Shown: positions 21,220 through 31,166 of the stretch, one piece after another
How the letters are laid out: every line of letters starts with the position of its first letter
Numbering within the stretch: position 1 is the first letter of the stretch
Origin: an uncultured Gimesia sp.
GTDB taxonomy: Bacteria; Planctomycetota; Planctomycetia; Planctomycetales; Planctomycetaceae
Assembly: GCF_963976445.1 (NCBI RefSeq)
Contig: NZ_CAXBKP010000008.1
Coordinates: 42,026-106,025 of the forward strand
Direction of reading: 5' to 3'
DNA: 64,000 nucleotides
The notes under the pieces: model-generated
What the model saw: only the letters and a program-made list of their open reading frames with translations
Told to the model about the DNA's origin: nothing
Databases searched by the model: none
Program-made: the position numbers and the translations under genes

Positions 21220-21813
21220 ATGGAAACAATACTAAGTAGATACGTTTACCTCCCAGAGGAACAGCAATTGGAAACTTCCCGACTCATTCTCAGACAGTGG
21301 TGTGAATCCGACCTGGATCCTTTTGCAAAGCTGAACGCAGATCCGAAAGTGATGCAATATTTTCCTGCAACACTCTCTTACGAACAGACTGCGCAGATGG
21401 TCGAACGTATCAAAACGCATTTTGACGAATATGGATTCGGTCTCTGGGCCGTTGAACTTAAAGAGGATGCCCAGTTCGTAGGCTTCATCGGCCTGGCGGT
21501 TCCCCGGTTCACGGCTTATTTTACTCCTTGCATCGAAATCGGCTGGCGGCTGGCGGTCCCGTTCTGGAATCAGGGTTATGCCAGTGAAGGCGCGCAAGCC
21601 GCACTCGAATTTGGATTCAATGAATGCAATCTGGACGAGGTTGTTTCCTTCACAGTTCCCGCCAATCGTGCCTCGCGACGGGTGATGGAAAAAATCGGTA
21701 TGTCCTATATCGACAACTTTGATCACCCTGCCCTGGAAGATGGCGATCCGCTCAAACGCCACGTGCTGTATCGCTTTTGCAAGACAGACTGGGACGCCCG
21801 ACAGCCCAACTGA
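21220..21813 (+). CDS. GNAT N-acetyltransferase, RimJ/RimL type
   Basis: LETSRLILR, EIGWRL...FWNQGYASEGA and N.ASRRVMEKIGM. Confidence 0.9.
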   Translation: METILSRYVYLPEEQQLETSRLILRQWCESDLDPFAKLNADPKVMQYFPATLSYEQTAQMVERIKTHFDEYGFGLWAVELKEDAQFVGFIGLAVPRFTAYFTPCIEIGWRLAVPFWNQGYASEGAQAALEFGFNECNLDEVVSFTVPANRASRRVMEKIGMSYIDNFDHPALEDGDPLKRHVLYRFCKTDWDARQPN

Positions 21814-21816
21814 CGC

Positions 21817-23244
21817 TTATTGCGATAACCGATCCAGAATATTCTTCGTGATCTGTTGCACCATCGGATCTTTCCCCCGTAAGCCGTGCGCCCAGTCAGT
21901 GCTGCCGACCGTGAAGACGGTGCCTCCGTTGGTATACATTCCCAGTATCGCCGCACCGACGCGGTCTTTGTCAAACCGGGCATACCACAGACTGTCTCCC
22001 GGGGCCCATTTCGCAGGACAGGAAGCGAGAATTTGAAACGTGCGTGGCGTGCCGTCTTTAAATGTTGGTACAGGCAGCCCCTCTTTCATTTCAAACTGGC
22101 AACCGTCGCACTCATAACCGACGATGGTATCTTTGCCGCCGAATTCGTCTCCCTGTTTGATGCCCGTTTTTTCAAATATCCAATGTTTGGGACGATGCAC
22201 TTGATAGGCTCCCGAACCATCCATGAACTGACCATGACTTTTGTGATAGCCGCCATAAAGAAACCCGACGCCCGTTAACTGATTCTCGGGGCGATTCACC
22301 AGATGATGACTCCAGAGTGTTGATAACAGACGATGATCTCCTTCCGGAAACAGCGGGTCCTGGTTATACCCTTGCTTCCAGCAGGTCAGCGCGCGACATC
22401 CCTCTTCACTGCGGACCTGCCAGCAGACTGAGTTCCCACTGAAAAAGGCGACGTTGCCTCCCTGCTTGATATAGCTCTCCAGATGGTCACGCATCGGTGC
22501 CGACCAGTATTCGTCGTGGCCAACACTCAGTACCAGTTTATAATGTTGCAGCAGTTCGGGATGTAATTCCAGATCGCTGTTGGCGGCGTAGTCGAGTTGA
22601 TATCCGTTGCTTTCGGCCCAGACGATGAAAGGATATTCCCAGTTCCCAAATTGTCCGGCCAGCGGACGATCAAAGGAGACACGATGCCCCTGCAGGTTCG
22701 CCCGGCCATGATAACTGTAAAGGCTGGAGCCTCCCCAGTTGTTGTAAGCGTTATACGTATTCGTGCTGAGTTGAATCAGAATTTTTGTCTGACTGCCCGG
22801 CTGTTTGGGACGCACGATAAAAAATAGATTCGTCTCAGCTGTTCGGGAATTCCGCTGGATGAACTTGCCGCCCCGATCGCGGACCGCCAGGCGGACTTGA
22901 TAATAACCGCTCTGCCAGGAATCGGGGATCGTCAGCTGAAAGGCTGCCGGCCAGTGACAGCCATGCGATGATGCATTCTCCGGAACAGGATATGCGGCAC
23001 CATTTTTACGGGACTCCTTGAAGACCGTCTTTTTTTCAGGACCGAGCCGCGTGATCTCGACAGAATATTCCGGCTCCGAACTGGAAAGATGAAAGGCGAC
23101 TTTGTCTCCCGGTTGATAACTCAACAGATTTGTATAACCTTCGATAAAAATCGAACCCGCATCATCATCCACAGCGAACGAGGGAGATGTAAACAGAACA
23201 ATCGCGCAAACAGCCAACAACACCCGGTAACAGATTTGATTCAT
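21817..23244 (-). CDS. Secreted N,N-dimethylformamidase beta-subunit-like protein
   Basis: Signal peptide; TYNAYNNWGG.SLY, VSFDRP, GHDEYWS, FFSGN...WQVR and GYE.DG motifs. Confidence 0.75.
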   Translation of the reverse strand: MNQICYRVLLAVCAIVLFTSPSFAVDDDAGSIFIEGYTNLLSYQPGDKVAFHLSSSEPEYSVEITRLGPEKKTVFKESRKNGAAYPVPENASSHGCHWPAAFQLTIPDSWQSGYYQVRLAVRDRGGKFIQRNSRTAETNLFFIVRPKQPGSQTKILIQLSTNTYNAYNNWGGSSLYSYHGRANLQGHRVSFDRPLAGQFGNWEYPFIVWAESNGYQLDYAANSDLELHPELLQHYKLVLSVGHDEYWSAPMRDHLESYIKQGGNVAFFSGNSVCWQVRSEEGCRALTCWKQGYNQDPLFPEGDHRLLSTLWSHHLVNRPENQLTGVGFLYGGYHKSHGQFMDGSGAYQVHRPKHWIFEKTGIKQGDEFGGKDTIVGYECDGCQFEMKEGLPVPTFKDGTPRTFQILASCPAKWAPGDSLWYARFDKDRVGAAILGMYTNGGTVFTVGSTDWAHGLRGKDPMVQQITKNILDRLSQ

Positions 23245-23377
23245 GGTCGTCTTCCTCAGTCAGTAAGGCCCGTCTTGAGAGTCATCTCAACTACCTTGAT
23301 CGTACCACTGGAGCACAGCCGTTTCTATTCACAAACGGGTCAATCCGGATTGGAATACGGCATTCTACTTCAACGGG

Positions 23378-24544
23378 CTATTTCAGAGCGTGACTCGACT
23401 GTCGATATTCCCGCGGCGACATGCCCATCAGCCTGCCGAACATGCGAATCATCGCTTCCTGATGCTGAAAGCCACAGCGAGCGGCGATCTGGGAAATGGG
23501 CAAATTGGTTTCCTGCAGCAATTTGGTGATGCGTTTTAATTTCGCCTGACGAATTTCACTCGCCGGTGATCGATGCAGGGCTTTTTGAAAGCGGTGCTCC
23601 AGAATCCGACGGGAGACATTCAATTGTTGAGTCAGATCTGACACCTGGATGGCTTCATGCGCATGCTGGCGGATGAATTGAATTGCTTCTCGAACGAGAT
23701 CGTCGGCAGCAAACAGCGTATCGGTGGAGGCCCGTTCTTCAATCGATAACGGAGGAATCAGAGTCGGCTCGTCTGGCGCAGGTTTTCCCTGAATCATCTG
23801 ATCCAGTAATGAGGCCGCTTCATAACCAACCACATGCGACGCCTGGTTAATACAGGACAGCGGAACCGGAGAGAGTGCCGACATCAGAGGATCGTGTTCG
23901 ATACTGAGGATGGCAACCTGATCCGGAATTTCCAGATGATGATTCACACAGACGGTCGCCACCTCACGTCCGACTTTACTCGTCCAGACCAAGAGCGCCA
24001 CGGGCTTGGGAAGCTCCCAGAGCCACTGTTTCAATCGCTGCTGCTGTTTTTGATAGTCGGCCTCTTTCGTCAATTCATAATACGGAAAATCAAAACAGAC
24101 TCCCTCTGCCTGTTCCACCGCAGTCTGAAACTCCTGCATGATGGTTTCAGGATAATGCAACGTTGGATCGGGACCGATGTAGCCGAACGAGCGGAAGCCT
24201 TTCTCCAGAAAAAACGAAGCCGCTAGATTCGCACAGCCTCGTTCATCGGAAACCACTTTGGGAATTTTGGATGAGTGCTTTCCCAACCACGAAACATTCA
24301 CCGCAGGCAGGCGCCGCTTGATGATCGAGTGCTGGATGCGGGCATCCGTCAGCCGACAAATGGTGCCATGACCATTCCAAGAGGCGGGAAACTGGAGCTG
24401 TTCTTTCAATCCCCGGAACTCAATCCAGAAATCCCAGCCCCCTTGTTCGAATGCGTAATCGGCAATTCCTTGAATCACCTGGCGACTCCAGTCGCTGGAA
24501 GTCTGGACTAACAAAGCAATTTTGCGACGTTCGGGAAACCTCAC
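23378..24544 (-). CDS. XylR-type regulator (periplasmic-binding-protein-like sensor + AraC HTH)
   Basis: RRKIALL N-terminus, LPKPVA, IPDQVAIL and C-terminal SRRILEHRF...GF...M.R.F...GMSPREYR. Divergent from the phosphonate operon. Confidence 0.88.
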   Translation of the reverse strand: MRFPERRKIALLVQTSSDWSRQVIQGIADYAFEQGGWDFWIEFRGLKEQLQFPASWNGHGTICRLTDARIQHSIIKRRLPAVNVSWLGKHSSKIPKVVSDERGCANLAASFFLEKGFRSFGYIGPDPTLHYPETIMQEFQTAVEQAEGVCFDFPYYELTKEADYQKQQQRLKQWLWELPKPVALLVWTSKVGREVATVCVNHHLEIPDQVAILSIEHDPLMSALSPVPLSCINQASHVVGYEAASLLDQMIQGKPAPDEPTLIPPLSIEERASTDTLFAADDLVREAIQFIRQHAHEAIQVSDLTQQLNVSRRILEHRFQKALHRSPASEIRQAKLKRITKLLQETNLPISQIAARCGFQHQEAMIRMFGRLMGMSPREYRQSSHALK

Positions 24545-24734
24545 TATTCAACCTGTTCTGTATCGTGAATCTGAAAAAAGCCTGTGCCTCTGTAGGTCAT
24601 CCTACAGGAACTCTGTGCGTTTTTGGTAAAGAAGCCATGAAGGCCATGTAAATATTGTTAATTTAACTGCGCGTTTTGTCATTGTATTCTGGCCTGAAAC
24701 CCCGATACTTTTCAATGCACAATGAAGTTTGACC

Positions 24735-24775
24735 GTAGCCTGGCGGAAAGTTTCCTGTTTTTTCCGCCAGGCTAC
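24735..24775. repeat. GTAG-ended 15-bp perfect inverted repeat (REP-like hairpin)
   Basis: GTAGCCTGGCGGAAA-N11-TTTCCGCCAGGCTAC. Confidence 0.75.
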
Positions 24776-24860
24776 GAACTTCTTTGGTGTGTTATTGCTG
24801 TCTGAATACAGCCAGGATGGATTTCTCTGTTTCTCCCATTTCGCGTTTCAAGAACGAATC

Positions 24861-26018
24861 ATGCCTTTAGCCACCTCTCAAACGAAATACGACGTCATTG
24901 TGATTGGCGGCGGCGTGCTGGGCGCGTTTCATGCCCTCTTTTCGATGCGCCGGGGCTTCAAAACCCTGTTGATCGAACGAAATCTGTTTCCCCAACAGGC
25001 GTCGATTCGTAATTTCGGCCTGATCATTCCAAGCGCAATGCCCGCGGGGATCTGGCGCGAACGTGCGTTGGCGTCCTGCGAGATCTATTCTGAATTAAGC
25101 GAGTTGCTGGGAATTCCTCTCCGCCGCGTGGGAACCCAATATCTGGCACACACAGACGAGGAAGCGGCTTTTTTAGAACGACTGGTACAAGAACAGAATG
25201 ATCCACTTTGCCCGACAAAATTTTTGAACGCGGAAGAAACAATCCGCACGAGCTGTTGTCTGAATCCGGAATTCTGCAAAGGGAGCCTCTTGTATCCACA
25301 AGACCTGCAGTTGAATCCGGGTCAGTTTTTCCGCGCGTTCGTCAACTGGATCACGTCTGCATCCGATTGTGATTATCTTCCGAAAACCACGGCGATCTCG
25401 ATTAAAGAAAGTGCCCGTCATAGTCAGGTTACCACCGCTGATGGCAGCCAGTTTCAGGCGAAACAGGTTTTTGTCTGCTCGGGAGCTGATTTGCAGACTC
25501 TCTATCCGGAACTCTATACAGCAGGAAACCTGCAGTACTGCAAGCTGCAGATGCTCAAGCTGTCGAATCCCGAAAACCGTACGCTGGGAACGAACATTGC
25601 ATCCCCGATCGCCTTGACGCGTTATCCGGCGTTTCTGAACGCCCAGTTCTCGCAAGGTATTTCGCTGGCGCTGCCCGCTCAGGAATTATTGGATCGGGGA
25701 ATTCAAATCTGGATCAGCCAAAATGAAAACAACGAATTTATTCTCGGTGATTCGCATGAATACACGGACGAACCACCAACTGAGTTTCTGTCTGGGGAAA
25801 TTGAATCGCTGATTCTCAATTATGCACGAAAGATGTTTGTGAATCTGGATTTTCATGTCACAGATCGCTGGTGTGGTATTTATACTGAGGAAAAGTCAGC
25901 AGGGCTGTTCCAGCACAATGTCAGTGATCGCGTGCAACTTGTCACAGGCATCGGCAGTAAGGGAATGACAACAGGGCCGGGGCTGGCTAAAGAAAATATT
26001 GGCCGACTCTCTCTTTAA
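24861..26018 (+). CDS. FAD-dependent oxidoreductase, phosphonate-associated (HpnW/TIGR03364-like)
   Basis: GGGVLG dinucleotide fold, ASIRNFG, ILGDSHEY and TGIGSKGMT, plus operon context. ATG at 24861 preferred. Confidence 0.8.
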   Translation: MPLATSQTKYDVIVIGGGVLGAFHALFSMRRGFKTLLIERNLFPQQASIRNFGLIIPSAMPAGIWRERALASCEIYSELSELLGIPLRRVGTQYLAHTDEEAAFLERLVQEQNDPLCPTKFLNAEETIRTSCCLNPEFCKGSLLYPQDLQLNPGQFFRAFVNWITSASDCDYLPKTTAISIKESARHSQVTTADGSQFQAKQVFVCSGADLQTLYPELYTAGNLQYCKLQMLKLSNPENRTLGTNIASPIALTRYPAFLNAQFSQGISLALPAQELLDRGIQIWISQNENNEFILGDSHEYTDEPPTEFLSGEIESLILNYARKMFVNLDFHVTDRWCGIYTEEKSAGLFQHNVSDRVQLVTGIGSKGMTTGPGLAKENIGRLSL

Positions 26019-26032
26019 TAAAGCAAAACCTG

Positions 26033-27382
26033 ATGTCAAACAATCGGAATCGAAACTGGCAGCTGATGACTCTGGCGAGTCTGTTTCTGGGATACGTCGG
26101 TTATTATATCTGCCGCTCCAACCTCGCGGTGGCAACGCCGCTGCTGTTGAAAGAATACGGCGGCATCGGGATCACAAAAATTCAAATCGGCACGGTGGCT
26201 TCCGTCGGGGTGATGCTGTACGCGATTGGGAAAATCTTCAATGGTTATCTGGCCGACTTCCTCGGCGGCCGCTTGCTATTTCTGACAGGCATGATTTGCT
26301 CGATTGTGTTTTCGATTCTGTTCGGTCTGGCTTCAGGCCTCGTGGCATTTATCATTGTCTGGGCCTGTAACCGGTATTTTCAGTCCATGGGCTGGGTGGC
26401 GCTGGTGAAGACGGCGTCCCGCTGGTATCCCGTCAAATGGCACGCAACCGTGATGGCGGTTCTGTCGCTCTCCTTTCTGTTCGGAGATGCCTTCGCGCGC
26501 CTCTACCTGGGCGGCCTGATCTTGCTGGGAGAGACCTATTCCTCGCTCGACTTTCTGGCAAACTGGCGCACCGTATTTTTTGTCGCCGCCGGCTCGTTAA
26601 CATTAATCACTCTCTTTGTGTTTTTCACTTTAAAGTCGAGTCCGAATGATGTGGGGCTGGAGGAACCCGAGGCCAACCCGACCAATGTGTTTGGGGCCGA
26701 AGGAAATCATGCCGAACGGATCTCCATCAAAGATGTTCTGAAGCCCCTGTTTGCCAGTCCATTATTCTGGTTGATCTGCATCATGAATTTCAGCCTGACG
26801 CTCGTGCGGGAGACATTCAATTTCTGGACGCCAACGTTTCTGAATGAAGTCGCCAAGTTTGATATCGGCCAGGCGGCAATCGGCAGTATGTTGTTTCCCC
26901 TGGTGGGAGGCTGTTCGACTTTACTGGCGGGAATTACCTCGGACCGTTTGCGAGGCCGACATGGTCGGGTCGTGCTTCCCAGTTTAATTCTACTGGTAAT
27001 TGCACTGAGCTTGCTGGCCACTATTGATGTCTCCGGCAAACCGGTTCTGGCACTCACGCTGCTGTCACTGGTCGCCTTTTTTCTGATGGCCCCCTATTCG
27101 TTTCTGTCCGGCGTGATGGCCATTGACCTGGGAGGCAAACGTGGCTGCTCGACGGTGGCGGGGCTCGTCGATTCCGCCGGTTATCTGGGTGCGATTTTAT
27201 CTGGTCATACGATCGGAATGATTGCCCAGTATTACGGCTGGAAGATGGCGTTTGGCGGTCTGGCCGGCATTTGTTGTACGGCGATTATCGCTGGCGCAGT
27301 CTACTGGCGGATTCAGGAACGGGACATGAATCTGGCAGAAGCACTCTCATCTGAACCCGAAAAGGAGTCTCCTGATGCCTGA
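26033..27382 (+). CDS. MFS transporter, GlpT/UhpT (organophosphate:Pi antiporter)-like
   Basis: GYVGYYICRSN, YAIGK..NG.LAD, FQSMGW and DSAGYLG motifs with about 12 TM helices. Confidence 0.85.
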   Translation: MSNNRNRNWQLMTLASLFLGYVGYYICRSNLAVATPLLLKEYGGIGITKIQIGTVASVGVMLYAIGKIFNGYLADFLGGRLLFLTGMICSIVFSILFGLASGLVAFIIVWACNRYFQSMGWVALVKTASRWYPVKWHATVMAVLSLSFLFGDAFARLYLGGLILLGETYSSLDFLANWRTVFFVAAGSLTLITLFVFFTLKSSPNDVGLEEPEANPTNVFGAEGNHAERISIKDVLKPLFASPLFWLICIMNFSLTLVRETFNFWTPTFLNEVAKFDIGQAAIGSMLFPLVGGCSTLLAGITSDRLRGRHGRVVLPSLILLVIALSLLATIDVSGKPVLALTLLSLVAFFLMAPYSFLSGVMAIDLGGKRGCSTVAGLVDSAGYLGAILSGHTIGMIAQYYGWKMAFGGLAGICCTAIIAGAVYWRIQERDMNLAEALSSEPEKESPDA

Positions 27383-27956
27383 GGTGAAACCTGATCTGAT
27401 TGTTGAGGAAATCCGAAAACGTTTCAGTGAAAAAGGAAGTGAGATGTACGTCGGAGAAGCGGTCTCACAGACAGAGCATGCGCTGCAAGCCGCTTTTGCT
27501 GCCGAGCAGGCAGGCGAAACTCCAGAGTTAGTCGTGGCCGCGCTCCTGCATGATATCGGTCATTTACTACATAAACACGATGCAGACTGTGCGACACAGG
27601 GCATTGATGATTTACATGAAAACATCGGCGCCCAGTGGCTGGTTCGATATTTTCCCCCCGCTGTGACCGAACCGATTCGTCTGCACGTCGATGCGAAACG
27701 CTATCGCTGTGCGACAGACGCGGAATATGCGTCTCGCTTGTCACCCGCTTCCGTTTTAAGTCTCCAGTTGCAGGGAGGGCCGTTTGATGAACTGGAATCA
27801 GCGGTGTTCGAACAGAACCCCTTCTCCCAAGATTCCCTGCGTCTGCGAACCTATGATGAAGCGGCTAAAATCCCCGGCCATGAAACACCGGAACTTGAGT
27901 ATTTTTTAACCTATGTCCAGCGCGTCCTGAAACAACAGGCCCTGGAAACAAACTGA
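27375..27956 (+). CDS. PhnZ-like HD-domain phosphonate oxygenase
   Basis: Y.GE.VSQ.EHALQ, LLHDIGH, HENIGA, HVDAKRY and S.LSLQLQGG. Confidence 0.85.
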   Translation: MPEVKPDLIVEEIRKRFSEKGSEMYVGEAVSQTEHALQAAFAAEQAGETPELVVAALLHDIGHLLHKHDADCATQGIDDLHENIGAQWLVRYFPPAVTEPIRLHVDAKRYRCATDAEYASRLSPASVLSLQLQGGPFDELESAVFEQNPFSQDSLRLRTYDEAAKIPGHETPELEYFLTYVQRVLKQQALETN

Positions 27957-28763
27957 ATGAAAGCCATTATGTCCTCCAACAAAATCCAACTCGTTATTTT
28001 CGACTGGGCGGGAACAACAATCGATCATGGTTGTTTTGCGCCGATTGCTGCCTTCATCAAAGCCTTCAAAGCCTGTGGCGTCGAACTGACACCCGCTCAG
28101 GCGCGTGGGCCGATGGGGCTGCATAAAAAGGATCATATTCGCAGCCTGTTTCAACTGGATGAGATCGCCGCCCAGTGGAAGTCAATCCACGAACGCCCCT
28201 GGTCGGAAGAGGATGTCGAACACATTTATGAAACGTTTATGCCGCTGCAGGTGAAAGAAGCGCAAGACTATACCGATCTGGTGCCTGGCTTGTGTGAAAC
28301 TCTTTCGCGGCTGAAAGAACGCGGCATCAAAATCGGTTCGACCACCGGATATCCGCGCATTGTGGCCAAACCCGTTTTGGAAGCAGCCAAAGCACAGGGA
28401 TATGCGCCCGATTTTTCTATGTGTGCCGACGAAGTTCCCGCGGGGCGACCTGCACCATGGATGATTTATCGGAACATGGAAGCACTGAATGTGTTTCCTC
28501 CCACGTCGGTAGTGAAAGTCGGCGATACGGTTCCCGACATCGAAGCCGGCTTGAATGCGGGCACGTGGACCGTGGGCTTGACGCAAACGGGCAGTGAAGT
28601 CGGTCTGACGGTCGCTGAATTTGAAGCGCTGGACAGCGATCAAAAAGCGAACGTGTTGCAAACCGCAGAAACAAAACTAAAAAACGCAGGGGCACACTTT
28701 GTGATTCCCACATTGAAGACACTTCCTGAAATCATCGAACAAATTGAAGCAAGCGAGAACTGA
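27957..28763 (+). CDS. phnX: Phosphonoacetaldehyde hydrolase
   Basis: DWAGT HAD nucleophile, Schiff-base Lys in [15 protein letters not shown] and KVGDT..DI.AG.NAG. Confidence 0.93.
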   Translation: MKAIMSSNKIQLVIFDWAGTTIDHGCFAPIAAFIKAFKACGVELTPAQARGPMGLHKKDHIRSLFQLDEIAAQWKSIHERPWSEEDVEHIYETFMPLQVKEAQDYTDLVPGLCETLSRLKERGIKIGSTTGYPRIVAKPVLEAAKAQGYAPDFSMCADEVPAGRPAPWMIYRNMEALNVFPPTSVVKVGDTVPDIEAGLNAGTWTVGLTQTGSEVGLTVAEFEALDSDQKANVLQTAETKLKNAGAHFVIPTLKTLPEIIEQIEASEN

Positions 28764-28764
28764 T

Positions 28765-29889
28765 ATGGACGCTGACATTCCTTATTTATTACTGACCCCC
28801 GGCCCGCTGACCACCACAAAGAGCGTGCGTGATGCGATGGGCGTCGATTATTCCACCTGGGACGTTGACTACAACCAGCGCGTCGTCGAAATTCGCGAAC
28901 GGCTGGTGCAACTGGCGACAAACGCCCCCGGATACACGGCTGTCCTGATGCAGGGAAGCGGCACCTTCGCCGTGGAAGCCACCATCGGTTCGGTGATTCC
29001 GCCTGACGGAAAACTGCTGGTGATTTCCAACGGTGCCTACGGAAATCGCATCGCACAAATTGCCAGTTGTTTGAAAATTCCACTTGTGGAACTTTCGTAC
29101 TCGGAAACGACACCGCCCGATCTCGATCAGATCCGCGCCACGCTGGCAGACGACACGGCGATCACGCATGTGGCGATGGTCCACTGTGAAACCACCACCG
29201 GCATGTTGAACCCGGCGGCGGAAATCGGGCAGATCGTTGCCGAGGCGGGCAAAGAATATATTCTGGACGCGATGTCTTCCTTCGGCGGGATTCCGCTTTC
29301 GATGGAAGCGTTCCATGTCGATTATCTGATTTCGTCGGCCAATAAATGCATTCAGGGTGTTCCCGGTTTTGGATTTGTGGTCGCCAATCAAAAGAAACTG
29401 GAACAGACGGCGGGTTACGCTCGCTCCTTGAGTCTGGATCTGTTTGACCAGTGGAATGAAATGGAACACAAAGGTGGAAAATGGAGATACACGTCCCCCA
29501 CGCATGTTGTGTGTGCGTTCCTGCAGGCTTTGAAAGAATTGGAAGCAGAGGGGGGCATCACTCAGCGGCATGCACGTTATGTGGAGAACCAAACGACGTT
29601 AGTCACAGCAATGCAACAGGCGGGGCTGCAAACGCTTCTGCCGCGCGAATTACAGTCCCCCATTATCACCTCGTTTTATTATCCCGACTCGCCGCTCTTT
29701 TCCTTCAATCAGTTTTATGATGAACTAAAAAAACGCCGGTATGTGATCTACCCGGGAAAAATCAGCCAGGCAGAGACTTTCCGTATCGGAAATATCGGCA
29801 ATGTCGTTCCTGCTGACATGCAGAATCTGGTTGAACAGATTGAACAGGTGTTAGATACTATGGCGATTTCTTCCGGCAAGACAGCATAA
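28765..29889 (+). CDS. phnW: 2-aminoethylphosphonate:pyruvate transaminase
   Basis: [27 protein letters not shown] Lys in SANKCIQG and [10 protein letters not shown]. Confidence 0.93.
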   Translation: MDADIPYLLLTPGPLTTTKSVRDAMGVDYSTWDVDYNQRVVEIRERLVQLATNAPGYTAVLMQGSGTFAVEATIGSVIPPDGKLLVISNGAYGNRIAQIASCLKIPLVELSYSETTPPDLDQIRATLADDTAITHVAMVHCETTTGMLNPAAEIGQIVAEAGKEYILDAMSSFGGIPLSMEAFHVDYLISSANKCIQGVPGFGFVVANQKKLEQTAGYARSLSLDLFDQWNEMEHKGGKWRYTSPTHVVCAFLQALKELEAEGGITQRHARYVENQTTLVTAMQQAGLQTLLPRELQSPIITSFYYPDSPLFSFNQFYDELKKRRYVIYPGKISQAETFRIGNIGNVVPADMQNLVEQIEQVLDTMAISSGKTA

Positions 29890-30064
29890 AAATATCCAGC
29901 AGATAAAAGTACACTTTCGGTTTTTGAAAAAGGCGTTTATAAAAAAGGTCACTTTTCTGTACTGATTCACAATCTTCGTGTCTCTGTGGTAATCAATCTC
30001 TCACTGTCTGAAATGCCATTCATTCAGACCGTGTTAACCAGATCATAGTAAGTCGTATCACATC

Positions 30065-31165
30065 ATGAGCGATCAATGTATCTCGATTGTCCTGACGGGC
30101 GATGATCCCCCATTACAGCGTACCGTGGTTTCACAACCCGAACTGCAACCGGGAGAAACTCTGGTTGAAATTCTGTGCTGTACGATTTGCGGAAGTGATC
30201 TGCATACCTACGAAGGCACACGGTCTACCCCCTGCCCGACCATTCTGGGACATGAAATGATTGGGCGCGTGGTTGACCTGAATTCCGAACTCCCGATACG
30301 GGATTATCTGGATCGCCCCGTTCAAATTGGTGATCGCATCACGTGGTCCGTCGCAGTTTCGTGTAAAGACTGCGAACAATGTCGCCGCGGTCTCACTCAA
30401 AAATGTACGAGACTGTTCAAATACGGGCATCAGCGTTTAACCGATCAGAATTATTTGAGTGGCGGCCTGGCCAGCCATTGTCATCTGGTCAAAGGGACGA
30501 CGATTTTCAAAGTACCGGAATCACTGCCCGACCAGGTCGCCAGCCCTGCGAACTGTGCGACCGCGACTGTGATGGCGGCCTTTCGTCTTGCCGGTGAAGT
30601 CCAGAACCAGTCCGTACTGATTTTGGGTGCGGGCATGCTGGGAGTCACCGCTTCTGCCGTCGCTCATGCGCAAGGCGCTGCATCGGTGATTGTGGCAGAC
30701 ATTGAACCAGCGCGTGTGAAACGCAGTCTTGAATTTGGCGCGACTCACACGGTCCTGGCGAAAAAAGAACAGCCGCTGCATGCCGAAATTCAACATCTGA
30801 CAGACGGACGAGGCGTTGACATCGTGTTCGACATGACAGGCGTTCCGGAAGTAATGGAAAGCGGTCTGGAGTCGCTGGCGATAGGCGGTCGTATGATTCT
30901 CGTCGGTGCGGTTTACCCGGCCCGTCCGATTCAGCTCTCAGCAGAAACAATGATTCGCAAGTTACTCAGGCTGGAAGGCATCCATAATTATATTGATCTC
31001 GACCTGGCAAACGCATTGAACTTTCTCGAGCGTTATCAGAACCGGTATCCGTTTCAGCGACTCAGCGAACATGCCTTCTCTCTGGATGAAGTCCCGGCTG
31101 CGTTTACCGAGTCTGCCAATCATCGTTCGTATCGCGTGGCGATTCTGCCACATCAATCAAACTGA
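30065..31165 (+). CDS. Zn-dependent alcohol dehydrogenase, phosphonate-associated (HpnZ/TIGR03366-like)
   Basis: CGSDLH, GHEM.G, C..C..C.......C structural Zn, PANCATAT and GAGMLG. Confidence 0.8.
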   Translation: MSDQCISIVLTGDDPPLQRTVVSQPELQPGETLVEILCCTICGSDLHTYEGTRSTPCPTILGHEMIGRVVDLNSELPIRDYLDRPVQIGDRITWSVAVSCKDCEQCRRGLTQKCTRLFKYGHQRLTDQNYLSGGLASHCHLVKGTTIFKVPESLPDQVASPANCATATVMAAFRLAGEVQNQSVLILGAGMLGVTASAVAHAQGAASVIVADIEPARVKRSLEFGATHTVLAKKEQPLHAEIQHLTDGRGVDIVFDMTGVPEVMESGLESLAIGGRMILVGAVYPARPIQLSAETMIRKLLRLEGIHNYIDLDLANALNFLERYQNRYPFQRLSEHAFSLDEVPAAFTESANHRSYRVAILPHQSN

Positions 31166-31166
31166 T

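Noticed and set aside
24729-24860. N-terminal extension of the FAD oxidoreductase from TTG 24729
   Set aside because: It runs through the REP-like hairpin. The Rossmann motif starts just after the ATG at 24861.
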